Assembly (NCBI GenBank): GCA_965261345.1
Contig: OZ253449.1
Location: 704,001-768,000 of the forward strand
Direction of reading: 5' to 3'
DNA from: Chloroflexota bacterium
Lineage (GTDB): Bacteria > Chloroflexota > UBA11872 > VXNJ01
Length of the DNA: 64,000 nucleotides
The notes below the pieces were generated by a model, which ran no database searches, was not told where the DNA came from, and saw only the letters and a list, made by a program, of their open reading frames with translations. Of this stretch, positions 9,226-18,852 are shown piece by piece; position 1 is the stretch's first letter, and each line of letters opens with the position of its first letter. The position numbers and the translations under genes are program-made.

Positions 9226-10401
9226 TTACCAGGCGGCCGATTCCTCTGAATAAACGTGGTCTGGCAATGAGTAGCGGATGCCATCCTCGTCGAAAAGCGA
9301 CGTTTCGAGCAATCCCGTGAACCGAGCGTAGCCGCTGTCTTCGTAACGGCCCGGAAACAGTTTCTTAAGGTTTGAGACGTAGCGCTGTTGCATCCTAAAC
9401 CACCAGATGGCCCCAAAGGAGGAGAGTGGAGGATATTGAAGCGCCTCGGCAGCTTGTTTTCCGATGAGCCCACGGGAAATTCGGTACACGTAGTCGGCCA
9501 ATTTACGGCGGCCTTCAGGATCAGTCTGTCCGGCGATTAGCGGAGCGGAATTGACCAAAGAATGCGCCATCACGACCGATTCCACCGGGCAGTCCGGCTC
9601 GCACTGGTGACCGACATCATAGAGTTCTAGTGCTTCATCGGCATTGTGGAAAAGGATGGAACTGGGGATCCCCATCAAATGCCCAGAGTAGCGCCAAACT
9701 GCCATGAAGCTTTCATATTCTTCGTCGTTGTACTCTGCGCCCAGGGTCTTCATGTGCTTGAGCAACCGTGCCGAAAACGCGGATACCGCGTAGCCCAAAT
9801 GGGCGGCGCTGATCGGGATGCCCCAAGCTTCGGAATCCCATTCGCTGGATGCGCTGAGCAGGTGCCGCAATCGGGCGTGAACTATCCTGATGCGCACCGA
9901 CAGTTTCCAGCCGTCGCCGTACCGGTACAAGCCCCCCGGGAGGAAAATCTCGGTCATGTGGCGGTTATTTTGCCCCAGACGCCTAACGCCCTGATCGCGC
10001 ACCCGACCGGTTATGAAGAAAGATTTCGCGATATTGGTTGTAAACCCTTCGATCAGCACCCCGGCCACGAATGCCGCCAGAATTAGCTGCGAGTTCCGAT
10101 GAAACATGCGAACGCCCGGGGCGAATGCCGAATAGTTAAGCCATTCAGGCGGAGTCGCCGCTTCCTGGAAAAATTCTTGCACCGACGCAGGGAGGCCCTT
10201 TAGCGTTTCCCCGCTTTCGTCGTTCATTGCAGTTTCGATAATCCGCATTGACTCGGATTTTCCAAGCTCGGCGAGATCTTTCACCATCGCCTCAGCTATA
10301 GGGTCCCCGATGTGCGTGTGCTCAATGTATTTAGTCGCGATGTCGGGCGAACCCAACCGGGCTCGTTCGTAACCGGGAACGTAATCGCTTGGAACAATCA
10401 T
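9226..10401 (-). CDS. Oxygenase MpaB/Lcp family (DUF2236) heme protein
   Basis: GDPIAE near the N-terminus, RRLGQN, RIRIVHARLRHLL (like the Lcp TRLVHAAVRHLL heme-ligand helix), WGIPIS, WRYSGHLMGI. No secretion signal seen. ATG at 10401 preferred over the track start at 10410. Confidence 0.8.
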   Translation of the reverse strand: MIVPSDYVPGYERARLGSPDIATKYIEHTHIGDPIAEAMVKDLAELGKSESMRIIETAMNDESGETLKGLPASVQEFFQEAATPPEWLNYSAFAPGVRMFHRNSQLILAAFVAGVLIEGFTTNIAKSFFITGRVRDQGVRRLGQNNRHMTEIFLPGGLYRYGDGWKLSVRIRIVHARLRHLLSASSEWDSEAWGIPISAAHLGYAVSAFSARLLKHMKTLGAEYNDEEYESFMAVWRYSGHLMGIPSSILFHNADEALELYDVGHQCEPDCPVESVVMAHSLVNSAPLIAGQTDPEGRRKLADYVYRISRGLIGKQAAEALQYPPLSSFGAIWWFRMQQRYVSNLKKLFPGRYEDSGYARFTGLLETSLFDEDGIRYSLPDHVYSEESAAW

Positions 10402-10468
10402 GAGCACCAAGCCTTCGGGTCAGACTCGGCCAACGCGCGCTGCTTGCTTCGCCCGGTCCCGACGAAGT

Positions 10469-12667
10469 TCAAACGCCATCATGGCTTTGAGGCTCAATGC
10501 GCAGATCCGGCAGCCAATTTAGCCAATGCGGCAGGTACCAGTTCCGCTTGCCAAGCAATTCCATTGAGGCGGGCACCAGGACCGACCGCACTAGCGTGGC
10601 GTCTAGCAAAACGGCCACCGACAGGCCGAATCCCACTTGTTGGTTGATGATGGTCTCACCGGATGCAAACCCGCCAAAAACTGCGACCATAATGAGCGCG
10701 GCGCCGGTGATGATCCCGGCGGTGGATCGTAGTCCGTAGGCAACCGCTTCGGCATTGTCGCCGGTCTGGTCGAAGCGTTCACGGATGCGGCTGAGCAGAA
10801 ATACGTGGTAGTCCATGGAGAGCCCGAACAGGATGGAGAACAAGAACAGGGGTATCCACACATCGACGACTTCGGCGTGTTGGAATCCCAGCAGCTCGGT
10901 TCCAACCCCCTTTTGAAACACTAGAACCAGCAGTCCGTAGGCGGTGCCCACCGAAAGGAGGTTCATCGCAACTGCCTTTATGGGAATGACAATCGACCGG
11001 AAGACCAGCATCAGGATGAGAAAGCTAAAGCCGAGCACAAAAGCGAATACGATCGGCGTGTACTGGGCAACTATGGAGAACACGTCTGCAGCCTCGGCGG
11101 ATACCCCGCCCACAAGGACCTCCGCATCGACACCGTCAAATGCGGCCGGGATGTGCTCATCGCGGATGGCCGAGACCACGTCAACCGCCGCCTGGCTCCG
11201 GGGTTCCCCTTGGATGATTACGGTCTGCACAGCTAGATCGCCGGTGGCGTTTACTACCGGGCCGGGGAGTAGTTGGAGGCTCGGCAGCGTTGCTAGCGAA
11301 GTGCGCAGTTCGTCGATCGCGGCCTGTACGCCGGGATTGTTGATGTCTCCTTCAATGACGACCTCAGTCGGATTTACCAGCCCAAAGGAAAACTCCTTTT
11401 CCATCACGAAGAACGCATCCCGTGTTTGGGCGCCTTCCGGGAACGTGTCAACGCCGTTGAGTCCGGTCTCAATATCAAAGTAAAAGAACGATGCGACCAG
11501 CATTGGAACGCCAATCGCAACGACGCTAATGATCGGGAACTTGGTCACCTTTTCGGTGATGAATTCCCAGAATCCGCGCCGGTGGGCCTTGGGGCTGTCA
11601 GCCTCGACCCTGTCCCTTCGGAAGAAGGGAATCGGTAGAAAATTCACCCTCGGCCCCATCAACGCGAGGACCGCCGGCAAAAGCGTAAGCGTTGCAGCCA
11701 ATGCGACCAGTACTACAAGGATTGCACCCAAAGCAAGCGACTGAAAGAAGGAGAAGGGAACAATGAGGAGCCCCAGGAGGGCAATCACAACGGTGATGCC
11801 GCTAAACAGAACCGTACGGCCGGCAGTTGCGCCCGCTCTTACAACCGCAGTCCGCTTGTCCAGGCCGCGGCCCATTTCATCTCGGAAACGGGAAATGATG
11901 AGAAGCGAGTAGTCGATGCCGACCGCCAAGCCAATCATGGTCACCATGAGCGTGACGAAGAACACCAATTCAAAGGTCTGGCCGATGATCGCCACTAGGC
12001 CCAACGCGGCGATGATGCAGATAATCGCCAGCCCTATGGGCACCAGGGCCGCGGCGACAGCGCCGAACAGCGCGACCAGAATGAGAAGCGCGATGGGCAC
12101 GCCGACGCGCTCTCCCTGTTCCAGGTCGTGGGTTGCGAGTTCGTTGTTCTCCAAGGAGATGCTGGCAGTCCCAACGATGAGAACGTGGAAGTCGCCCGCC
12201 GCGTTGGCATCAGCAACTATTTCGAGGATGTGCTCAACGTTTTCCTCGCCCTGCGCCAAATCGCCAGCCAGAAAAACTGGAATGATGGTTGTCCGGCGAT
12301 CTTGGGAAACAAGGGTTTCGTCGCCCTGTAGGTAGTAGTGTTGCACCGCAGTTACTGCGTTACTGCCCAACCCGGAAATCTCATTGGCGAGCCCTTCCAC
12401 CACGCTGCGAAAGCCTGCATCGTCCACCGTTAGGACCTGCGATTGCACAATTACCGTTTCGATCAGCGGTTCGGGGCCTCGGAGTTTTTGCTCTAACCTG
12501 CTGGAGGCCCGCTCGGACTCCACGCTCCCAGACATCCGAAATTCCGTGGTTGTCGCGCTCTCTAAAAAGTTGGCGTTGACGGCCACGCCGATTACCGTAA
12601 CCAGCAGCCAGATACCAATAACCACCAGCGGCCTTCGCGCGCAAACGCGGGCAAGGTATTCAGTCAC
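10469..12667 (-). CDS. MMPL-family (RND) lipid transporter
   Basis: Multi-pass membrane protein with two repeats. GLAVGIDYSL, TAGRTVLFSG, FGLSMDYHVFLLSRIRE, LLDATLVRSVLVP, NWYLP. SD GGGGAG upstream. Confidence 0.92.
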   Translation of the reverse strand: MTEYLARVCARRPLVVIGIWLLVTVIGVAVNANFLESATTTEFRMSGSVESERASSRLEQKLRGPEPLIETVIVQSQVLTVDDAGFRSVVEGLANEISGLGSNAVTAVQHYYLQGDETLVSQDRRTTIIPVFLAGDLAQGEENVEHILEIVADANAAGDFHVLIVGTASISLENNELATHDLEQGERVGVPIALLILVALFGAVAAALVPIGLAIICIIAALGLVAIIGQTFELVFFVTLMVTMIGLAVGIDYSLLIISRFRDEMGRGLDKRTAVVRAGATAGRTVLFSGITVVIALLGLLIVPFSFFQSLALGAILVVLVALAATLTLLPAVLALMGPRVNFLPIPFFRRDRVEADSPKAHRRGFWEFITEKVTKFPIISVVAIGVPMLVASFFYFDIETGLNGVDTFPEGAQTRDAFFVMEKEFSFGLVNPTEVVIEGDINNPGVQAAIDELRTSLATLPSLQLLPGPVVNATGDLAVQTVIIQGEPRSQAAVDVVSAIRDEHIPAAFDGVDAEVLVGGVSAEAADVFSIVAQYTPIVFAFVLGFSFLILMLVFRSIVIPIKAVAMNLLSVGTAYGLLVLVFQKGVGTELLGFQHAEVVDVWIPLFLFSILFGLSMDYHVFLLSRIRERFDQTGDNAEAVAYGLRSTAGIITGAALIMVAVFGGFASGETIINQQVGFGLSVAVLLDATLVRSVLVPASMELLGKRNWYLPHWLNWLPDLRIEPQSHDGV

Positions 12668-13483
12668 GGGTCGGTCTCCCCTTCGGCAGGTTGCAGGTCA
12701 GAGAGATATCTGGGCGGGTGAGAAGTCGCGGTTTCAAACCGCAATTTTCAAAGCGACCGCGCGCGCCTAATAATAAGTTGGCGCAACCGCACGAACAACC
12801 AGTCCTGGCGGATATGTTAGGCAAGGATAGCCTGCGCCAAAATCTCCCATTTGGGCCGGTGGCAAACGCCGCAACTCCGCTTGGCCCAAACGGTCATTTG
12901 GTCGGTGTCGGGAACAGCCGCCCGCGGTGATGCTGTATTAAAAAGGCCCGGCTCTGCCTCTGCCGACCGGCGCCACGACTGCCGCCAAGGCCGGTAAGAC
13001 CGTCCGTCAGATAGCGATGCCAGCGCCGGTTACCTTCCACTTTCCTGGTGCTTGGCGCGGACCCGGGCAAGGACCCTGGGGGGCTCGGGGTCATCGAAGG
13101 CGGCTTAGCAATTGAGTGAAGATTCACGGCAAAATCTAGTTGGCAGCTCGCCGTTTCGGATTCCGTGCTGGCCCGTAATCTACCGCCGTATTGGCCGTTG
13201 CGAATAGTTTGTGATTTGGATGGCCAGGGCCACATTATTTTGCATTTCGGCCTTCAGCAGCCGCTGGCGGAAAGATCCCGATCCGGTGGCGCCCCCTCTA
13301 CGTCCTTGCTGCCCGCCGAACCATTGACATCGCGCAGGGATGGCCGATTCGTCCTGCGGCCGTCATTTCGACGCAGGCGGGAATTGAGCGTGGCCGGACA
13401 GATCCGGCAAACCGGCCGCGAATAGTATGTTGGCAGGCAAATCGTCTACAGCAAATCGTCCCCAAACTGGAGATTTTTTCAGC

Positions 13484-13939
13484 GTGAGCGCCGAATCAAA
13501 AATAATCGAACTCGGTATCGTCCTACCTCAACCCACCGCCCCGATCGGAAGCTACCGGACCGCGGTTTCCTTTAAGGGGATGCTCTATCTGTCCGGGCAC
13601 CTGCCGGCAGCCAGCGAGGGGGATTGGAGCGGAAAGATCGGCGGTGAGCTGAGCGTTGCCGACGGGGCTGCCGCCGCCCGCGCGGTGGGGATCAATCTGC
13701 TGGCGACGATCCGCGCCGAATTGGGCAGCCTGGACCGGGTTAAAAGGATCGTTAAGGTCCTCGGTTTCGTAAATTCGGCGCCTGGCTTTTCCGGTCAACC
13801 ATCGGTCATCAACGGCTTCTCCGACCTGATGGTTGAGGTATTCGGGGAGTGCGGCCGCCATGCGCGGTCAGCGGTCGGAGCCAACGAACTGCCATTGGAC
13901 ACCCCGGTCGAGATCGAGATGATCGTCCAATTCGAATAG
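13484..13939 (+). CDS. RidA/YjgF family protein
   Basis: LYLSGHLP, VKVLGFVNS, VINGFSDLMVEVFG, GRHARSAVG, PVEIE. GTG start with GGAG upstream. Confidence 0.9.
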   Translation: MSAESKIIELGIVLPQPTAPIGSYRTAVSFKGMLYLSGHLPAASEGDWSGKIGGELSVADGAAAARAVGINLLATIRAELGSLDRVKRIVKVLGFVNSAPGFSGQPSVINGFSDLMVEVFGECGRHARSAVGANELPLDTPVEIEMIVQFE

Positions 13940-13986
13940 GTCAGCTATTGGGCCTGACTAGTTAAACGGTAAGGCTGGCGCCCGGG

Positions 13987-16236
13987 ATGATTGAGCCCTA
14001 TCCGGTCTACTACCTCCTGGCATGGCCACTCCTTGGCCTAGCCTGCAGTTTCGTAGGTCTGCCGCTGGTCCATCGGGCGCTCAGAAACCTGCCCTCGGGC
14101 GGAATATTTCTAGCCAAATCAACCGGGTGGTTCCTGCTCGCGTTTTGCAGCTATGCCCTCCTGCACAGCGGTTGGCTAACTAACGGGCGGTTTTTCGCTT
14201 CCTCGCTCGGCTGGGGAATTGTCCTGATCACCCTTGTAATCTGGGCAAATTCGCCCGGGTTGCGCGGCTACTTGCGGCGGTACTGGCGTTCGGCGCTCAG
14301 CGCCGAGATCATTTACCTGTTGGCCCTTTGGGCTTTTCTGGTATTTCGCGCAAACGTTCCCGGGGTTGTGGGCACCGAAGCGCCGGCCAACTTCGGACTG
14401 CTCAATTCCGCCATGCGTTCTGAGTCATTCCCGCCGGCCGACGCCTGGCTGGCGGGTTACGACCTCTCCTATTACTTCTTCGGCCATGCGGCCGCGGCCT
14501 GGGGCTCGCTGGCGGCCGGGATTCCGCGGCTATTGGCATTCGATCTGGCCTTGGCCCACGTGTTTGCATTGAGCCTTTTGGGCGCATACAGCCTGGGCCG
14601 AGATTTGACTACATTGGCGGCTGCGGCAAGATCTTGGGCGGCCGCAATCGGCGGAATCGGTGCGGTTGCCGGGGTGCTGTTCGTGGGCAACCTGGCAGGC
14701 CTGGCCTATCTAGGCGGGCAGGCCCAGAACGATCCGTATTTCTACAACGGGCTCAGTTGGAACGCCACTCGCATCATCCGCAATGTCGAGGGCGGCGGGC
14801 TTCCCGCATGCGGCGATCCGGCGGTGCGCGACTGCCCGATAACCGAATTTCCGGCCTTTACCTTTCTGCTTGGCGACCTGCACGCCCATGCGCTGGCCCT
14901 GCCGCTGGTTCTGATGGCCGCCGCCGCCGCCGCCTGCTGGTACATCGCCTGGCGGCATGAAAAGAATCGGCCCAGCCTCTGGACCGCAGCTTTCGGCGGC
15001 GCGGTGGCCGGGTTGCTGCTGGTTACAAATTCTTGGGATTTTCCCGGCGGCTTACTGCTGGGACCGGCCGCCGGGCTGTTGGCGTTGTTGGCCAGTCAAC
15101 GCTTTGCCGGGACGGCCCGCTTCGGTCTGCATTTGGCAATCGCGTTGCTGGCGGCTTTGGCTGTTGCACTGCCGCAACTGCTTTCCTTCCAGCCCCTCAA
15201 CCTTGGATTGGCACCAGCTCCAATCCGCTCGCAACTTGGACCGTTTCTGTTGATGTGGGGTCTTCCGCTAGCGATCGTCGCCGTTTGGCACTTGTGGAAC
15301 GGACTCGCCCGACATGGATACCGCGGACTAATTCCGGTCGGGCTGTTAATCGCCCTTGCCGGCGGCGGCGAGGCATTATTTACGGCCGGCGCTCTGATCC
15401 TATTGTTGGGAGCGATGCTGTTGACCCTGCGCGAGATGGGAATTGCTGCCAACGACCGGTCTTCCGATCGCGCGGCGGTCGCCGGGCTGGCCGCGTTCGC
15501 ACTGCTGCTTCTGGTCATACCGGAAGTCCTTATCGTCGATGATGGGCATCCAGCTCCGTACCAGCGCATGAACACGATGTTCAAATTGGGCTTTTCGGCG
15601 TGGATCCTGCTGGCCGCATGCGCCCCCGCAATGCTGATTGGCAGCTGGCGCGAGCTTGCCGGGGAGCAGGTCACGCGGGCGGTCGCCCCCGCCCGCGTCG
15701 GCGCTTCGCTGATCATTCTGGGGCTGCTGTCAATTGGACTTTTCTATACCGCCGACGCGTTCAGCGCCCGCCTTGCCGATCAGGGCGAACCCTCACTCAA
15801 CGCGCTCCGCAGCGCGGCCGACATTCTCCCCGACGATGTGGCGGCGGCAAATTGGGCGGCCGACAACCTGCCGGTGGACTCGGTCCTGATGGAGGCCTGT
15901 TGCAAGCCCTATTCGAATGCCGCGCGTATTGCCAATTGGACCGGTGTGCCGACCGTGCTGGGTTGGTTGGGGCACGGATTCTTGACCTATCGCGTGGATT
16001 ACCCGCAATTTGCTGATCGACAGCAGCTGATTGAAAACAGCTTTCGGCAATTGGATCGGCCCGCAACAGCCGATATCCTGCGGCGGGCCGGGGTCACCCA
16101 TGTCGTGTTGGGTCAGCTGGAGCGGCAACTTCATCAGGCAGTTGATCCCGATCCGCTCGGTGGACTGATTCCGGTCTACACCGCTCCCGGAGGGACCCTG
16201 ACCATCTACGCGATCCCGCGACCGATGAGCCAGTGA
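13987..16236 (+). CDS. Chlor_Arch_YYY / DUF2298 polytopic membrane protein
   Basis: FPPADAWLAGYDLSYYFFG (YYY-type motif), ITEFPAFTFLLGDLHAH, NSWDFP, RMNTMFK, TGVPTVLGW. Confidence 0.85.
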   Translation: MIEPYPVYYLLAWPLLGLACSFVGLPLVHRALRNLPSGGIFLAKSTGWFLLAFCSYALLHSGWLTNGRFFASSLGWGIVLITLVIWANSPGLRGYLRRYWRSALSAEIIYLLALWAFLVFRANVPGVVGTEAPANFGLLNSAMRSESFPPADAWLAGYDLSYYFFGHAAAAWGSLAAGIPRLLAFDLALAHVFALSLLGAYSLGRDLTTLAAAARSWAAAIGGIGAVAGVLFVGNLAGLAYLGGQAQNDPYFYNGLSWNATRIIRNVEGGGLPACGDPAVRDCPITEFPAFTFLLGDLHAHALALPLVLMAAAAAACWYIAWRHEKNRPSLWTAAFGGAVAGLLLVTNSWDFPGGLLLGPAAGLLALLASQRFAGTARFGLHLAIALLAALAVALPQLLSFQPLNLGLAPAPIRSQLGPFLLMWGLPLAIVAVWHLWNGLARHGYRGLIPVGLLIALAGGGEALFTAGALILLLGAMLLTLREMGIAANDRSSDRAAVAGLAAFALLLLVIPEVLIVDDGHPAPYQRMNTMFKLGFSAWILLAACAPAMLIGSWRELAGEQVTRAVAPARVGASLIILGLLSIGLFYTADAFSARLADQGEPSLNALRSAADILPDDVAAANWAADNLPVDSVLMEACCKPYSNAARIANWTGVPTVLGWLGHGFLTYRVDYPQFADRQQLIENSFRQLDRPATADILRRAGVTHVVLGQLERQLHQAVDPDPLGGLIPVYTAPGGTLTIYAIPRPMSQ

Positions 16237-17921
16237 ACGCCCGGGCCAGGCCGCTTATTGGGGCGGTAGCCCGCAATCGGGCCGCGATCGCCCCGGGAGC
16301 CATCCTGGCGATTGCCGCAATTTCACGGCTGTTAGATCTTGGATCGCGGGCCCTTCACCACGACGAGGCAATCCACGCGATAACCGCGTTCGAGCGGTTG
16401 ATATTTGCGCCCTACGTATACGAACCGCTGTTTCACGGCCCGCTGCTTTATTTCTCCAGCGCATTGATATTTGCCCTAACCGCCGTAAACGAGGTCACGG
16501 CCCGCTTGTTGCCGGCGCTGGCCGGTATCGCCGTTGTCGCCGCGGTTCCCTATCTGTTAAGGCGGCCGCTGGGCGGGTCGGGAACCCTGATCGCAATGAG
16601 CGCGATCACAATCTCAAGCGGGTTTCTTTACTATTCACGCTTTATGCGCAATGACGTATTAATCGCCCTTTTTACGCTGCTTGCCTTTGCCGCCCTCTAC
16701 CGCTTCTTCCGCAGGCCGCAACGACGCTGGGTTCTACTGGCCGGGCTCGCTTTCGGTCTTAGCCTGGCCAGTAAGGAAAACGCCTACATCGCCGGTTTCA
16801 TTTTTTGCTCCTACCTAGCCCTGCTGGCGGCTTTTGCTGGATTGGGCCGGGCCGGATTGATCGGCGACCGGCCAAGTCTGGTACGGGCAAGATCGGCATT
16901 TGCGGCGCTGTTTGCCGACCGCCTAGGCCTCATCACCGGCACGGCGCTCATCCTTCTCATTCCGGCCCTTCTGTTTAGTTCGTTCGGAATCAACTGGCAC
17001 CTGATTCCGCAAGCTTTTCACGACTCGGTGTCGGTCTGGGTGGAAGTTCACCAGTCCGGCCGATTGAACCAGCCGTGGTTTTTCTACCCGCTAATACTCC
17101 TGTTTTTTGAGCCCTTTGCCGTGGTGTTCGGACTGTCGGGCATCTATGGCTGGGTGCGGCGCCCGGACTTGTTCGGGTCGCTGCTTATCTATTGGCTGTT
17201 GGCCTCGCTACTGATCTACTCGATCGCCGGCGAAAAAGCCGCCTGGCTGTCCCTGCACATCGCCCTGCCGATGATCCTGCTGGCCAGCCGCCGGGCCGGG
17301 GAACTGCTGCGGTCGGGTCGGGTCGTTACGATCGTCTCCGGATTGCTACTGGCCGCCCTGCTGGTGTTGACGGCAAGGCATTCAATCGCAATTACCTTTC
17401 TGTACGGAGACATCCCCCGCACACCAATGACCTATTCGCAGACCAGCCGCGATCTTTTGGCGGTAGTCGCCCTGATCGAGAGCGCCGGCGAAAAATCCGG
17501 TTACGGGCGGGCGCTGCCGGTCCATGTCGGCCCGGAAGCCCATTGGCCGTTGGTCTGGTATCTGCTCGATCACAGCGCGGTGGAGTATGCCAAAGGCGAA
17601 CTGGACCCTGAGGCGGTTTCGGCCCTGATACTAATCATCGGTCCGGCAACCGCCGACGCGGTCGGTTACCGCTTGACTGACTACGCTGGTGCGGCGGTAC
17701 CGATTCGCCAGTGGTTTCCCGAACACGTCTACCAAAATTGGACTTGGTCCTCGTTGGGCGATTTCGCCAGCAACGGAACTAATTGGAAGGCTCTGTTTAA
17801 CTTTTTGATTTGGCACAATCCGCCGGCCCCCATCGGCAACTCACAGGTTTATGTATACCTCCATGACGACCTCCTGGCGCTCGGCCTAAATCCGGCCCAA
17901 GCGTTTGCCGGAGCTCCCTGA
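16233..17921 (+). CDS. TIGR03663-family membrane protein (PMT/GT-C-like glycosyltransferase)
   Basis: LGSRALHHDEAIHA, FHGPLL, YYSRFMRND, SKENAY, AGEKAAWL, YSQTS, WPLVWYL. Overlaps the upstream stop (GTGA). Confidence 0.82.
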   Translation: MNARARPLIGAVARNRAAIAPGAILAIAAISRLLDLGSRALHHDEAIHAITAFERLIFAPYVYEPLFHGPLLYFSSALIFALTAVNEVTARLLPALAGIAVVAAVPYLLRRPLGGSGTLIAMSAITISSGFLYYSRFMRNDVLIALFTLLAFAALYRFFRRPQRRWVLLAGLAFGLSLASKENAYIAGFIFCSYLALLAAFAGLGRAGLIGDRPSLVRARSAFAALFADRLGLITGTALILLIPALLFSSFGINWHLIPQAFHDSVSVWVEVHQSGRLNQPWFFYPLILLFFEPFAVVFGLSGIYGWVRRPDLFGSLLIYWLLASLLIYSIAGEKAAWLSLHIALPMILLASRRAGELLRSGRVVTIVSGLLLAALLVLTARHSIAITFLYGDIPRTPMTYSQTSRDLLAVVALIESAGEKSGYGRALPVHVGPEAHWPLVWYLLDHSAVEYAKGELDPEAVSALILIIGPATADAVGYRLTDYAGAAVPIRQWFPEHVYQNWTWSSLGDFASNGTNWKALFNFLIWHNPPAPIGNSQVYVYLHDDLLALGLNPAQAFAGAP

Positions 17922-17922
17922 G

Positions 17923-18852
17923 ATGGCCAACCCGGCAGATTCGATTGAGGGCATCGTGACCAATGTCTCCCGCTCACGTTGCCTGGCTCAGGTTTCAGGG
18001 TCGCAGATCGCGTTCCATGTGCCGGGCGGCCTGATCCGGAAAAATGGCGGGCGCAATCCGGCACGGGTCGGCGACCGGGTTGTGCTGACCATGCGTTCGG
18101 GCACGATCGTGCTGGACTCGATCCTTCCGCGCCAAAGCCAGCTGCAACGCACCCACACCGAGGACGGCCGCGCGGCGCGGGGGGCGACCATCGCCACAAA
18201 CCTGGCGCTGGCCCTATTCGTTCTGCCGGCGTCCTTCGAACCGCGGCAGATGCGCATGCTCGACCGCATGCTGGTAGGGGCCAGTTGGGCCCAGATTACC
18301 GCCGGAATTTGCGTTAACAAGATCGACACGGTCAAAGATTTGGGACCGGTGCGTGAGCGGTTGAGCGCCTATGACGCCGCCGGTTGGGACCTGTTCTATA
18401 CGGTCGCTCCGGCCGGTGACGGACTCGCCCAACTGGTCGACTACCTGCCCGATGGGCTGTCTGCATTCATCGGGCCGTCGGGAGCGGGCAAGACAACCTT
18501 GATATCGGCGATCACCGGACGCTCTGATCTCAAAACCCTTGGTGTGAACGCGTTCACCGGCAAGGGTCGTCACGCCACCACCGCGGTCTCGGCCTATCAG
18601 GTCGACCAGCACCGTTGGGTGGTTGATGCGCCAGGCCTAAAGACCTTTGGCGTCGCGCAAGCCCCACGCACGGCGGTTCGGGAGGCCTTTCCCGAGATCG
18701 CGAGCGCCGAGGCAGATTGTCAGGCCCGCTGGTGCGACCATTCGACGGCCCGCGGTTGCCGGGTTCAGGCTGAAATCCGCGCCGGCCGAATCACCCGCGA
18801 GCGGTTGGACAGTTTCAAGGTACTGCTGGCCGAGGCGCAATCTGCCAACTAG
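17923..18852 (+). CDS. rsgA: Ribosome small subunit-dependent GTPase A
   Basis: Circularly permuted order NKID, GPSGAGKT, GRHATT, DAPG; zinc motif CxxxxCxHxxxxxC. Confidence 0.88.
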   Translation: MANPADSIEGIVTNVSRSRCLAQVSGSQIAFHVPGGLIRKNGGRNPARVGDRVVLTMRSGTIVLDSILPRQSQLQRTHTEDGRAARGATIATNLALALFVLPASFEPRQMRMLDRMLVGASWAQITAGICVNKIDTVKDLGPVRERLSAYDAAGWDLFYTVAPAGDGLAQLVDYLPDGLSAFIGPSGAGKTTLISAITGRSDLKTLGVNAFTGKGRHATTAVSAYQVDQHRWVVDAPGLKTFGVAQAPRTAVREAFPEIASAEADCQARWCDHSTARGCRVQAEIRAGRITRERLDSFKVLLAEAQSAN

